64,000 bases of DNA from Somniosus microcephalus (GCA_052327205.1 JBMRGM010000037.1:55490001-55554000), one strand, 5' to 3'; positions 25,201 through 40,200 are shown, counted from the first letter of the stretch. Numbers and translations are program-made. The notes: generated by a model not told the origin, from the letters alone.

Positions 25201-28200
25201 ACGATTGCTACGCCTGGCAGACCTGCTGCAACACCACCTGCGGCAGACGATGTGTCCATTCGTCCCACAGCAATGGTAAGCTAACCAATCGGGTCTTTGC
25301 CCCATCACCCGGTGATGGAGGGTGGAGAGGGGGTCAGGAGAGGCGGGGGTGGGGGTGGGGAGCTAACCAATCGGGTCTTTGCCCCATCACCCGGTGATGG
25401 AGGGTGGGGAGGGGATCAGGAGAGGCGGGGGAGGGGGTGGGGAGCTAACCAATCGGGTCTTTGCCCCATCACCCGGTGATGGAGGGTGGGGAGGGGGTCA
25501 GGAGAGGCGGGGGAGGGGGTGGGGAGCTAACCAATCGGGTCTTTGCCCCATCACCCGGTGATGGAGGGTGGGGAGGGGGTCAGGAGTGGCGGGGGAGAGG
25601 GTGGGGAGCTAACCAATCGGGTCTTTGCCCCATGACCCGGTGATGGAGGTTGGAGAGGGGGTCAGGAGAGGCGGGGATGGGGGTGGGGAGCTAACCAATC
25701 GGGTCTTTGCCCCATCACCCGGTGATGGATGGTGGAGAGGGGGCCGGGAGAGGCGGGGGAGGGGGTGGGGAGCTAACCAATCTGGTCTTTGCCCCATCAC
25801 CCAGTGATGGAGGGTGCAGAGGGGGTCAGGAGAGGTGCGGGTGGGGGTGGGGAGCTAACCAATCGGGTCTTTGCCCCATCACCCGGTGATGGAGGGTGGA
25901 GAGGGGGTCAGGAGAGGTGCGGGTGGGGGTGGGGAGCGAGCTCCAGATTAGAGGCATCGAACCGAACTGTGTATCACTGCCCACATCGGGCACTGTGACC
26001 TGTTATCCTCTGGTACCGAAGGTCCAATCCAGATTCAGAGGAGAGGGAGGGCACCAGTCTGTCTGATATAAGAACACAGGAACATAAGAATTAGGAGCAG
26101 GAGTCGGCCATTCGGCCCCTGCAGTCTGCACTGCCATTCAATAAGATCATGGCTGATCTTCTACCTCATCTCCACTTTCCCCCACTATCCCCATATCCCT
26201 TGATTCACATCGTGTCCAAAAATCTATCGATCTCCGTCTTGAATATCCTCAACGACTGAGCCTCCACAGCCCTCTGGGGTAAAGAAATCCAAAGATTCGC
26301 CTCCCTCTGAGTGAAGAAACTTCTCATCTCAGTCCTAAATGGCCGACCCCTAAACCTGAGACTGTGACCCCTGGTTCTATACACTCCAGCCAGGGGAAAC
26401 AGCTACTCGGTATCTACCCTGTCAAGCCCTCTAAGACATTTATACATTTCAATGAGATCACCTCTCATTCTTCTAAACTCCAGAGAGTATCGGCCCAATC
26501 TACTCAATCTCTCCTCATAGGACAACCCTCTCACCCCAGGAATCAATCTAGTGAACCATCGCTGCGCCCCGTCCAAGGCAAGTATATCCTTCATCGGGTA
26601 AGGAGACCAAACTGACGGGGGCAGTGGGTCAGGCACCGTGACCTCTCACCCACTGGGTACCTCGGGTCAAACCCCTGTGCCTAAGGAGACGGAGGGCACC
26701 TCCCTGTCTGACGGGGGCAGTGGGTCAGGCACCGTGACCTCTCACCCACTGGGTACCTCGGGTCAAACCCCTGTGCCTAAGGAGACGGAGGGCACCTCCC
26801 TGTCTGACGGGGGCAGTGGATCAGGCACCATGACCTCTCACTCACTGGGTGCCTCGGGTCAAAACACAGTGCCTAAGGAGATGGAGGGCACCTCCCTGTC
26901 TGACGGGGGCAGTGGGTCAGGCAGCGTGACCTCTCACTCACTGGGTGCCTCGGGTCAAACCCCATTGCCTAAGGAGATGGAGGGCACCTCCCTGTCTGAC
27001 GGGGGCAGTGGGTCAGGCAGCCTGACCTCTCACCCACTGGGTACCTCAGGTCAAACCCCAGTGCCTAAGGAGATGGAGGGCACCTCCCTGTCTGACGGGG
27101 GCAGTGGGTCAGGCACTGTAGACCTGACCAAGCCCCCGGTGGCCACCTAAAGCCTCAGCCCAGTCAAGCAGCGATCAATGGCTGGAGGGAAGCAATAACC
27201 AATCTGCTCTTTCTACAGGACATGAACGAAGATGCCCGGAATCTTCCAGACTGACTCACATCTGCACGATGAGCTTCAACACCCAGTGCAACAACGACAG
27301 CAGCTGTGAGGGTTGGCAGACTTGTTGCGATGCCAGCTGTGGAAACAGATGTGTACCTAAGTTCCTCACCAGAGGTAAGAGTGAAGGGATATTTACGAGT
27401 CGGAGCCCCTTTAGGGCTACCCCGGATCAGGCGTATTTCTCAGACATTCACTTTCAACTAAAGTTTGAGGTAGCCCAATCCTAAAGATGCTTAATTGGGT
27501 CTAAAGGGCTGGGCTATCTCTCCCTAAAGGAAAGGAACAACCCGAGAATGTTACCGACCTCCAGATAGCGCTTTTAATAAGTTTAGCTAACATCCCGGAT
27601 ATTATGAGAGTCCGGAAAACTCCCTCAGAATTCTGCAACTCTTCACCAAAGTGTGTACAGTGATTGAGTTCACAAGTTTTTGGTACAGAAGACTTTTGCG
27701 AGACAATTCTAAAAACATATCGAGATTTATTGAAGAACTGACATGCAATTTACAGTTGGTGAATCAGTCAATCGCAACATTAACAGTTCTAAAGAGAGAA
27801 AACATACTATCTTTTTAACAGACAATCTTACTTTTAAATCTTAACTTTGCTACAGTATTACAGTTCTTAAAGTTCTCTTTACAGGATATCCATCAATATC
27901 AAATACCTTTGATCCCTGAGGTACAAAGTGTGGTAGACTACAGAGCTGCCTCTGAAGCTGAGAATTGCTTTGTCCGATTAAAGCGAGTCTGATATCCCAT
28001 TTGAGAGTTCAATATTTATACCCTTTTCCAGTGGTATTTCCTTTTAGGTTTTCTGCTGATGCAAGTTAATTATCTCTGTTCATCTTTCTGCCGACCTCTG
28101 CAACTCTTACTGCCACATCGGCCAGAATCTTCTCTCATCTCCAGGTGTTCTAGGATCACCATACAAAAACAATGTGATGGGCAGGTGTTCCATATTTTAT

Positions 28201-31200
28201 GTCATCTTTACGAAGTTTAAATTAGAACACCTTATCCAGGGTGAACCATTGTTTTGTTTCCAAAAGGTCAGCTTATCGGAGCCATGCACCTTCTGTTTCA
28301 ATAAGGATATTATTCAGGATCAACAACTACCCTATCTCAATAGCCAGAATGCTTCCATACCTACTTCATAGTTAGTTTTCTAAATTTCCAAACCCAGTTT
28401 GTCATGTTTTAATAAAGCCAGAACTCTTTCATAAGATAGTGTATTTTTCTGAATAGGTTATATAGCTTATTCCTTCACAAGAGAACCCAGAGTTTACTCT
28501 GTATCTAACCAGTGCTGTACCTACCCTGAGTGTGTTTGATGGGACAATGTAGAGGGAGCTTTACTCTGTATCTAACCCCCGTGGTTGGGGGAGTGTTTGA
28601 TGGGTCAGTGTGGTGGGAGCTGGCCATGCTTCTCTCTCTCTCTCACTGCCACCTTGTATCTTCCAGCGACCCAGTGCCCATCTTCCAGCCGATTGGACTC
28701 CTTCTGCGAGATGAAGCTGGGAGACGTGTGCGAGAGTGACGCTGACTGCTTGGCCTGGTCATCGTGCTGTGACGCCGACTGTGGCAAGAGATGTGTTCCC
28801 CGCTTCTTCATGGCCAGTGAGTATGTCAAAGGGTCTTGGGCGATCGGACTCCATCTCCTGGATCTGCGGGATCAGCTCAGGCCAGGGATGGGGCCTGCGT
28901 GTCTCCTGCTTTGTGCGTTTGTGTGTGAGGCTCAGTAACACAAACCGGGTGAGATCAGGGTTAATCAGCACTGGCCGATTGGAGCCTGTACCTTTCCTGG
29001 TGTGTGTGTGTGTGTGTGTGTGTATCTGAGTGTGTGTGTGTGTGTGTGTGCGTGTGTGTGTATCTGAGTGTGTGAGTGTGTGTGGGTCTGTATCTGAGTG
29101 TGTGTGAGTGTGAGTGTGTGTGTGTATCTGAGTGTGTGTGTGTGTGTATCTGAGTGTGTGTGTCTGTGTGTGTGTGTGCGTGTGTGTGTATCTGAGTGTG
29201 TGTGGGTCTGTATCTGAGTGTGTGTGCTATGTTACAGCTTGCCATGAACAGAGGGACAACCAGTAAACTAAGACAAGAGTACATATAAACAAGGCGAAAA
29301 TATATTTATAAACTCAGGGATATACCTGTTTATACACTGTATGAATGGAACCGCGTTTATGTGTTCAACCATAAATGTATTTTGATGCTTTGGCAACATA
29401 AGATGTACCTTATCATGCCAATAAAGCGATTTGTATTGTATTGTATTGTATTGTATTGTGTGTGAGTGTGAGTGTGTGTGTCTGTATCTGAGTGTGTGTG
29501 TGTGTGTGTGTGTGTATCTGAGTGAGTGTGTGTGTCTATATCTGAGTGTGTGTGTCTGAGTGAGAGTGTGTGAGTGAGTCAGTGTGTGGGGCTCAGTAAC
29601 ACACACCGGGTGAGAGCAGGCTCACTCAGCACAGGCCGGAGATGGAGCCTGGGCCTTGCTGCCTCATAACTGATTCCCGATTACAGAGATCCTGCTTCAT
29701 CCGCACTTTAGGGCAATTCCCGAGGGAGCCCTCGATTTAGGGGCTGTCCTGAGGGAGTCCCCCGATTTAGGGGGGCCAAAGGGAGACCCTCGATTTAGGG
29801 GCGGTCCCGAGGGAGACCCTCAATTTAGGGGCGGTCCCGGGGGAGACCCTCGATTTAGGGACTTTCCCGAGGGAGACCCTCGATTTAGGGGCGGTCCCGA
29901 GGGAGACCCTCGAGTTAGGGGCAGTCGCGAGGGAGACCCTCGATTTAGGGCCGTTCCCGAGGGAGACCCTCGATTTAGGGGCGGTCCCGAGGGAGACCCT
30001 CGATTTAGGGGCATTCCCGAGGGAGACCCTCTGTTTAGGGACGGTCTCGAGGGAGACCCTCGGTTTGGGGGGCAAGAGGGAGACCCTCGATTTAGGGGGC
30101 GTTCCCGAGGGAGACCCTTGATTGGGTGGCGGTCCCGAGGGAGCCCCTCAATTGGGGGGCGGTCCCGAGGGAGACCCTCAATTTAGGGGCGGTCCTGAGG
30201 AGACCCTCGATTTAGGGGCGGATCCGAGGGAGACCCTCGATTTAGGGGCGGATCCGAGGGAGACCCTCGATTGGGGGGCGGTCCCGAGGTAGACCCTTGA
30301 TTTCGGGGCGGTCCCGACGGAGACCCTCGATTGGGGGTCCTGCGGTAGACCCGCGATAGGGGGGCCAGAGGGAGACCCTTGCTTGGGGGTCTCCCGTGGA
30401 AGACCCTGTCCAGAAGCCAGATCTGGAAGGTTCACGGTTCCTGACTGACCACCGATTTCTGGGTTCCAGAGGACGACACCTGTCCAGCGCCCCACCGCCT
30501 CGCTCCGATGTGCGACCTGAAGCTTGGAGACCAGTGCAAAGGAGACAAGGATTGTGATGTTTGGCAGACCTGCTGTGACTCCAAATGTGGAAAAATCTGT
30601 ATCGCCAGCTTCACAGACAATGGTAAGAAGCGAAACCGCTCAACGGGGCAACGGCCGAGGGGGAACGGAGAGAGACAGAGACNNNNNNNNNNNNNNNNNN
30701 NNNNNNNNNNNNNNNNNNNNNNNNNNNNNNNNNNNNNNNNNNNNNNNNNNNNNNNNNNNNNNNNNNNNNNNNNNNNNNNNNNNNNNNNNNNNNNNNNNNN
30801 NNNNNNNNNNNNNNNNNNNNNNNNNNNNNNNNNNNNNNNNNNNNNNNNNNNNNACCGACACTCTTTAATATTTACATAAATGAATTGGCAAAACTACTTG
30901 AACAATCTACAGCACCCGGCCTCACCCTATATGAATCCAAGGTTAAATTCCTCCTCTGTGCAGATGACCTGGTTCTGCTGTCACCAACTAAGGAGGGTCT
31001 ACAGCAGAACCTGGATCTGCTGGAGTCGTACTGCCAGACTTGGGCCCTGACAATAAATCCCCATAAAACCAAAGTCCTTGTGTTCCAGCAAAGATCCAAA
31101 CATCAGGGACCCAAAATAAATTTCACACTAGGAACAACAAAAATTGAACAAACCACTAACTACACATACTTGGGCTTAAAAATCAGTTCTACGGGAAATT

Positions 31201-34200
31201 TCAAACTGGCTGTGAATGAACTGAAAGAGAAAGCAAGAAGGGCTTTCTATGCCATTATAAAATCAATCCAAATAGAAATCCCAATTAGCATTTGGCTCAA
31301 AATTTTCAAATCAGTAATTGAACCAATTGCACTCTATGGCAATGAGGTGTGGGGACCGCTAACACAACAAGAATTTGTAAAATGGGACAAACACCCAATT
31401 GAGATCCTACATGCAGAATTCTGTAAAAGTATCCTCCGGACTCAAAGGAAAACCGTAAACAATGCATGCAGGGCAGAACTAGGCCAATATCCATTAATAA
31501 TCACTATCCAAAAAAGAGCCACCAAATTTTGGAAACACCTAGAAATGAGCAACCCCCAATGCTATCATTACGAAGCCCTGAAATGCCAAGAGAGGACCAT
31601 AAAGAAGAATACCCTCAGTCAACTAGTCCCGGGACTCAGTGAAGTAACTACTAACAATAACCAGCCCCAGGACAGTGACAGCATAACACAAAGAATTCGA
31701 CCCAACACAATCGTCGCTAAGCAAAAGGAAAAATATCTGTCATATTGGGCAGAAACAACAAAAACCCAAAGCAAACTCAATTGCTACTTGGCCCTAAACA
31801 GACAATACAACATGGCTGATTACCTGAGCATGGTAAAGGATAGCAAACTGAGAAAACCCTTGACAATGTACAGACTTAGTGAACATAGCCTGGCGATCGA
31901 AAAAGGTAGACACAGGCAGACCCGGCTACCAAGAGAGGACAGGATATGCTCTCACTGCAGTCAGGGAGTGGTGGAGACAGAGATGCACTTCCTCACAGCT
32001 TGTAGAAAATATCAGGGCATAAGGGAGAATTTCTACCCAAAATTCACAAAAATATGCCCGGAATTCAGAAATTTGAATGACGACCAAAAACTCCCATACC
32101 TACTAGGGGAAGAGAGAAATTGCGTAACACTAGCGGCACACTATGTTACAGCTTGCCATAAACAGAGGGACAACCACTAAATATAAGAAAAGAGTATATA
32201 TAAATTATATGAAAGTATATTTATACACTCAGGGATATATCTGTTTATAAACTGTATGGATAGATCTGTATTTTTGTGTACAAACATGAATGTTTTTCGA
32301 TGCTTTGGCAACATAAGATGTAACTTGTCATGCCAATAAAGCGATTTGAATTGAATTGAATTGAGAGAGACCGAGAGAGAGACAAAGAGAGACAGACTAA
32401 AAAGTCTAAGAGTGTTAAAAAAACAAGCCTGAATGCTTTGTGTCTTAATGCGAGGAGCATTCGTAATAAGGTGGATGAATTAGCTGCGCAAATAGATGTA
32501 AACGGATATGATATACTTGTGATTACGGAGACATGGCTCTAGGATGACCAAGGCTGGGAATTCAACATCCAGGGGTATTCAATATTCAGGAAAGACAGGC
32601 AAAAAGGAAAAGGAGGTGGGGTAGCATTGCTGGTTAAAGAGGTGATTAACACAATTGTAAGGAAGGATATTAGCTCTGATGATGTGGAATCTGTATGGGT
32701 AGAGCTGAGAAATACCAAGGGACAGAAAACATTAGTGGGAGTTGTATACAGACCCCCAAACAGTAATGCTGGGGTTGGGGATGGCATTAAATGGGAAATT
32801 AGAGACGCGTGCAATAAGGGCACAGCAGTTATCATGGGTGACTTTAATCTACATATAGATTGGGCTAACCAAATTAGTAACAATACTGTGGAGGAGGAAT
32901 TCCTAGAGTGTATACGGGATGGTTTCCTCGACGAATATGTTGAGGAACCAACTAGAGATCAGGCCATCTTAGACTGGGTATTATGTAATGAGCAAGGATT
33001 AATTAGCAATCTTGTTGTGCGAGGCCCCTTGCGGAGGAGCGATCATAATATGATAGACTTCTTCATTAAGATGGAGAGTGAAGTAGTTGACTCAGAGACT
33101 AGGGTCCTGAATTTAAATAAAGGAAACTGCGATGGTATGAGGCCGAGTTGGCAATGATGGATTGGGGAATGTTACTTAAAGGGTTGACTGTGGATAGGCA
33201 ATGGCAAACATTTAAAGATCGCATGGATGAACTACAGAATTTGTTCATCCCTGTTTGGCATAAAAATAAAAAAAAAAAGGTGACTCAACCGTGGTTAACA
33301 AGGGAAATTAGGGATAGCATAAGATCCAAGGAGAGGACATATAAATTGGTCAGAAAAAGCAGCAAACCTGAGGATTGGGAGCAGTTTAGGATTCAGTAAA
33401 GGTGGACAAGGGGATTAATTAAGAGGGTGAAAATAGAGTATGAGAGTAGGCTTGCAGGGAACATAAAAACTGACTGTAAAAGCTTCTATAGATATGTGAA
33501 GAGAAAAAGATTGGTGAAGTCAAGCGTAGGTCCCTTGCAGTCAGAATCAGGGGAATTTATAATGGGGAACAAAGAAATGGCCGACCAATTAAATACATAC
33601 TTTGGTTCTGTCTTCACAAAGGGGGACACAAATAACCTCCCAAAGATGTCGGGGAACATAGGATCTAATGAGAGGGGGGAACTGAATGAAATCAGTATTT
33701 GTAGGGAAATGGTGTTCGGGAAATTGACAGGATTGAAGGCCGATAAATCCCCAGGGCCTGATATTCTACATCCTAGGGTACTTAAGGAAGTGGCCCTAGA
33801 AATAGTAGATGCATTGCTGATCATCTTCAAAATTCTATAGACTCTGGAACTGTTCCCATGGATTGGAGGGTAGCTAATGTAACCCCACTATTCGAAAAGG
33901 GTGGTAGAGAGAAAACAGGGAATTATAGACTGGTAAGCCTGACATCGGTAGTGGGGAAAATGCTAGAGTCCATTATATCCATTATAAAAGATGTAATAGC
34001 AGAGCACTTGGAAAACAGGGACAGGATCGGAGAAAGTCAACATGGATTTACAAAAGGTAAATCATGCTTGACGAATCTACTGGAATTTTTTGAGGATGTA
34101 ACTTGTAGAATAGATAAGGGAGAACCAGTGGATGTGGTGTATTTGGACTTTCAGAAGGCTTTTGATAAGGTCCCACATAAGAGATTAGCATGCAAAGTTA

Positions 34201-37200
34201 AAGCACATGGGATTGGGGGTAATGTACTGACTTGGATAGAGAACTGGTTGGCAGACAGGAAGCAAAGCGTTGGAATAAACGGGTCTTTTTCCGAGTGGCA
34301 GGCAGTGACTAGTGGGGTCCTGCAAGAATCGGTGCTAGGACTCCAGTTATTCACAATATATATTAATGATCTAGACGAGGGAACTAAATGTAATATCTCC
34401 AAGTTTGCAGACGACACAAAACTGGGTGGGCATGTGTGCTGTGAGGAGGATGCAGAGAAACTCCAGGATGATTTGGACAGGTTGGGTGATTGGGCAGATG
34501 CAGTATAATGTGGATAAATGCAAGGTTATCCACTTTGGTGGCAAAAACAGGAAGGCAGGTTATTATCTGAATGGCAATAGATTGGGAGAAGGGGAAGTGC
34601 AACGAGACCTGGGTGTCCTTGTGCACCAGTCGCTGAAGGTAAGCAGGCAGGTGCAGCAGGCGGTTAAGAAAGCAAATGGCATGTTGGCTTTCATAGCGAG
34701 AGGATTTGCGTACAGGAGAAAGGATGTCTTGCTGCAGTTGTACGGGGCTTTGGTGAGACCACACCTTGAGTATTGTGTGCAGTTTTGGTCGCCTTATCTG
34801 AGGAAGGATGTTCTTGCCGTGGAGGGAGTGCAGCGAAGATTCACCAGACTGATACCTGGGACGGCAGGAATGACGTATGAAGAGAGATTGGGTTGATTGG
34901 CTTGTATCCGCTAGAGTTTAGAAGAATGAGAGGGGATCTCATTGAAACTTATAAAATTCTAACAGGACTAGACAGACAAGATGAAGGAAGGATATTCCTG
35001 ATGGTCGGGGAGTCCAGAACCAGGGGTCACAGTCTAAGGATAAGGGGTAAGCCATTTAGGACAGAGAGGAGGAGGAATTTCTTCACCCAGAGAGTGTTGA
35101 ACCTGTGGAATTCTTTACCACAGAAGGCAGTAGAGGCCAATTCATTAAATATATTCAAGAAGGAGTTAGATATATTTCTTAAGGCTAAAGGTATCAAGGG
35201 ATATGAGGAGAAAGCAGGGACAGCGTACTGAATTTGGATGATCAGCCATGATCTCATTGAATGGCAGAACAGGCTCGAGGGGCCGAATGGCCTATTCCTG
35301 CTTCTATCTTCTATGTTTCTATTCACTATATCAGGACGACCCAAAATGCTTCTCAAATGATAAAGTATTTTTTGAAGTGTAGTCACTCGTGTAATGTAGG
35401 AAACGTGACAGCAAATCTGCACACAGCATGAGCCCACAAACAGCAATATGATAATAACCAGATAAATTGTTTCAGCGATGATCCTGAGGGTTAAATAATG
35501 GTCCCTGGGAGAACTCCCCTGCCTTTCTTCCAATAGTGGTTTTGGAATCTTTTACATCGACCTCAGAGGGCAGGCGGGGCCTCGGCTTAACGTCTCAGCA
35601 GAATGACAGCCCGTCCTACAGTGCAGCACTCCCTCAGTACAGCACCTCCGACAGTGCAGCACTCCCTCAGTACAGCACCTCCTACAGTGCAGCACTCCCT
35701 CAGTACAGCACCTCCGACAGTGCAGCACTCCCTCAGTACAGCACCTCCGACAGTGCAGCACTCCCTCAGTACAGCACCTCCGACAGTGCAGCGCTCCCTC
35801 AGTACAGCACCTCCGACAGTGCAGCACTCCCTCAGTACAGCCCCTCCGACAGTGCAGCACTCCCTCAGTACAGCCCGTCCTACAGTGCAGCACTCCCTCA
35901 GTACAGCACCTCCGACAGTGCAGCACTCCCTCAGTACAGCCCCTCCGACAGTGCAGCACTCCCTCAGTACAGCCCGTCCTACAGTGCAGCACTCCCTCAG
36001 TACAGCACCTCCGACAGTGCAGCACTCCCTCAGTACAACCCGTCCTACAGTGCAGCACTCCCTCAGTACAGCACCTCCGACAGTGCAGCACTCCCTCAGT
36101 ACAGCCCGTCCTACAGTTAGCACTCCCTCAGTACAGCACCTCCGACAGTGCAGCACTCCCTCAGTACAGCCCCTCCGACAGTGCAGCACTCCCTCAGTAC
36201 AGCCCCTCCGACAGTGCAGCACTCCCTCAGTACAGCCCGTCCTACAGTGCAGCACTCCCTCAGAACAGCACCTCCGACAGTGCAGCTCTCCCTCAGTACT
36301 GCCCCTCCGACAGTGCAGCACTCCCTCAGTACAGCCCCTCCGACAGTGCAGCACTCCCTCAGTACAGCCCGTCCTACAGTGCAGCACTCCCTCAGTACAG
36401 CACCTCCGACAGTGCAGCACTCCCTCAGTACAGCCCGTCCTACAGTGCAGCACTCCCTCAGTACAGCACCTCCGACAGTGCAGCATTCCCTCAGTACAGC
36501 CCGTCCTACAGTGCAGCACTCCCTCAGTACAGCACCTCCGACAGTGCAGCATTCCCTCAGTACAGCCCGTCCTACAGTGCAGCACTCCCTCAGTACAGCC
36601 CGTCCTACAGTGCAGCACTCCCTCAGTACAGCCCCTCCGACAGTGCAGCACTCCCTCAGTACTGCCCCTCCGACAGTGCAGCGCTCCCTCAGCACAGCAC
36701 CTCCGACAGTGCAGCGCTCCCTCAGTACAGCCCGTCCTACAGTGCAGCACTCCCTCAGTACAGCACCTCCAACAGTGCAGCTCTCCCTCAGTACAGCCCG
36801 TCCTACAGTGCAGCACTCCCTCAGTACAGCACCTCCGACAGTGCAGCTCTCCCTCAGTACAGCACCTCCGACAGTGCAGCTCTCCCTCAGTACAGCCCGT
36901 CCAACAGTGCAGCGCTCCCTCAGTACAGCCCCTCCGACAGTGCAGCGCTCCCTCAGTACAGCACCTCCGACAGTGCAGCACTCCCTCAGTACTGCACCTC
37001 CGACAGTGCAGCTCTCCCTCAGTACAGCCCGTCCTACAGTGCAGCACTCCCTCAGTACAGCCCGTCCTACAGTGCAGCACTCCCTCAGTACAGCACCTCC
37101 GACAGTGCAGCACTCCCTCAGTACTGCACCTCCGACAGTGCAGCTCTCCCTCAGTACAACCCGTCCTACAGTGCAGCACTCCCTCAGTACAGCACCTCCG

Positions 37201-40200
37201 ACAGTGCAGCGCTCCCTCAGTACAGCACCTCCTACAGTGCAGCACTCCCTCAGTACAGCCCGTCCTACAGTGCAGCACTCCCTCAGTACAGCACCTCCGA
37301 CAGTGCAGCTCTCCCACAGTACAGCACCTCCGACAGTGCAGCGCTCCCTCAGTACAGCACCTCCGACAGTGCAGCACTCCCTCAGTACAACCCGTCCTAC
37401 AGTGCAGCGCTCCCTCAGTACAGCACCTCCGACAGTGCTGCGCTCCCTCAGTACTGCCCGTCCTACAGTGCAGCACTCCCTCAGTACTGCCCCTCCGACA
37501 GTGCAGCACTCCCTCAGTACAGCCCGTCCTACAGTGCAGCGCTCCCTCAGTACAGCACCTCCGACAGTGCAGCACTCCCTCAGTACAACCCGTCCTACAG
37601 TGCAGCGCTCCCTCAGTACAGCACCTCCGACAGTGCTGCGCTCCCTCAGTACTGCCCGTCCTACAGTGCAGCACTCCCTCAGTACTGCCCCTCCGACAGT
37701 GCAGCACTCCCTCAGTACAGCCCATCCTACAGTGCAGCGCTCCCTCAGTACAGCACCTCCGACAGTGCAGCGCTCCCTCAGTACAGCCCGTCCTACAGTG
37801 CAGCGCTCCCTCAGTACAGCACCTCCGACAGTGCAGCACTCCCTCAGTACAGCACCTCCGACAGTGCAGCACTCCCTCAGTACAGCCCGTCCTACAGTGC
37901 AGCGCTCCCTCAGTACAGCACCTCCGACAGTGCAGCGCTCCCTCAGTACAGCCCCTCCTACAGTGCAGCACTCCCTCAGTACAGCCCCTCCGACAGTGCA
38001 GCGCTCCCTCAGTACAGCCCCTCCGACAGTGCAGCACTCCCTCAGTACAGCACCTCCGACAGTGCAGCACTCCCTCAGTACAGCACCTCCGACAGTGCAG
38101 CACTCCCTCAGTACAGCACCTCCGACAGTGCAGCACTCCCTCAGTACAGCACCTCCGACAGTGCAGCGCTCCCTCAGTACAGCCCCTCCTACAGTGCAGC
38201 ACTCCCTCAGTACAGCACCTCCGACAGTGCAGCACTCCCTCAGTACAGCACCTCTGACAGTGCAGCTCTCCCTCAGTACAGCACCTCCGACAGTGCAGCA
38301 TTCCCTCAGTACAGCACCTCCGACAGTGCAGCACTCCCTCAGTACAGCACCTCCGACAGTGCAGCACTCCCTCAGTACAGCCCCTCCGACAGTGCAGCGC
38401 TCCCTCAGTACAGCACCTCCGACAGTGCAGCATTCCCTCAGTACAGCACCTCCGACAGTGCAGCACTCCCTCAGTACAGCACCTCCGACAGTGCAGCACT
38501 CCCTCAGTACAGCACCTCCGACAGTGCAGCATTCCCTCAGTACAGCACCTCCGACAGTGCAGCACTCCCTCAGTACAGCACCTCCGACAGTGCAGCATTC
38601 CCTCAGTACAGCACCTCCGACAGTGCGGCATTCCCTCAGTACAGCCCTCCGACAGTGCAGCATTCCCTCGGTACAGCCCGTCCTACAGTGCAGCGCTCCC
38701 TCAGTACAGCCCCTCCGACAGTGCAGCACTCCCTCAGTACAGCCCGTCCTACAGTGCAGCACTCCCTCAGTACAGCACCTCCGACAGTGCAGCACTCCCT
38801 CGGTACAGCCCGTCCTACAGTGCAGCGCTCCCTCAGTACAGCCCCTCCGACAGTGCAGCGCTCCCTCAGTACAGCACCTCCGACAGTGCAGCATTCCCTC
38901 AGTACAGCACCTCCGACAGTGCAGCATTCCCTCAGTACAACACGTCCTACAGTGCAGCACTCCCTCGGTACAGCCCGTCCTACAGTGCAGCGCTCCTTCA
39001 GTACAGCCCCTCCGACAGTGCAGCACTCCCTCAGTACAACCCATCCTACAGTGCAGCATTCCCTCAGTACAGCACCTCCGACAGTGCAGCACTCCCTCAG
39101 TACAGCCCCTCCGACAGTGCAGCACTCCCTCAGTACAGCACTCCCGACAGTGCAGCACTCCCTCAGTACAGCCCGTCCTACAGTGCAGCATTCCCTCAGT
39201 ACAGCACCTCCGACAGTGCAGCATTCCCTCAGTACAACCCGTCCTACAGTGCAGCACTCCCTCAGTACTGCCCCCCGACATTGCAGCATTCCCTCAGTAC
39301 TGACCTCGACAGTGCTGCGCTCCCTCAGTACAACCCGTGCTACAGTGCAGCACTCTCAGTACTGCCCCCCGACATTGCAGCATTCCCTCAGTACTGACCT
39401 CGACAGTGCTGCGCTCCCTCAGTACAGCACCTCCGACAGTGCAGCGCTCCCTCAGTACAGCCCCTCCTACAGTGCAGCACTCCCTCAGTACTGCCCCCCG
39501 ACATTGCAGCATTCCCTCAGTACTGACCTCGACAGTGCTGCGCTCCCTCAGTACAACCCGTGCTACAGTGCAGCACTCCCTCAGTACTGCCCCCCGACAT
39601 TGCAGCATTCCCTCAGTACTGACCTCGACAGTGCTGCGCTCCCTCAGTACAGCCCCTCCGACAGTGCAGCATTCCCTCAGTACAGCACCTCCGACAGTGC
39701 AGCGCTCCCTCAGTACAGCCCCTCCGACAGTGCAGCGCTCCCTCAGTACAACCCGTCCTACAGTGCAGCGCTCCCTCAGTACAGCACCTCCGACAGTGCA
39801 GCACTCCCTCAGTACAGCACCTCTGACAGTGCAGCTCTCCCTCAGTACAGCACCTCCGACAGTGCAGCATTCCCTCAGTACAGCACCTCCGACAGTGCAG
39901 CGCTCCCTCAGTACAACCCGTCCTACAGTGCAGCATTCCCTCAGTACAGCCCCCCGACAGTGCTGCACTCCCTCAGTACTGCCCCCCCGACATTGCAGCA
40001 TTCCCTCAGTACTGACCTCGACAGTGCTGCGCTCCCTCAGTACTGCCCCCCGACAGTGCTGCACTCCCTCAGTAAAACCCGTCCTACAGTGCAGTATTCC
40101 CTCAGTACAGCACCTCCGACAGTGCAGCGCTCCCTCAGTACTGCCCCCGACAGTGCTGCGCTCCCTCAGTACTGCCCCTCCGACAGTGCAGTATTCCCTC

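Noticed and set aside
26638-27150. Ser/Gly/Thr-rich 32-aa repeat ORF that could be a mucin-like or proteoglycan linker exon
   Set aside because: It begins directly at a CR1 fragment with no convincing acceptor, ends in a stop before exon 6, and the stop differs between duplicates. It is best explained as an intronic 96-bp repeat, although RNA-seq could overturn this.
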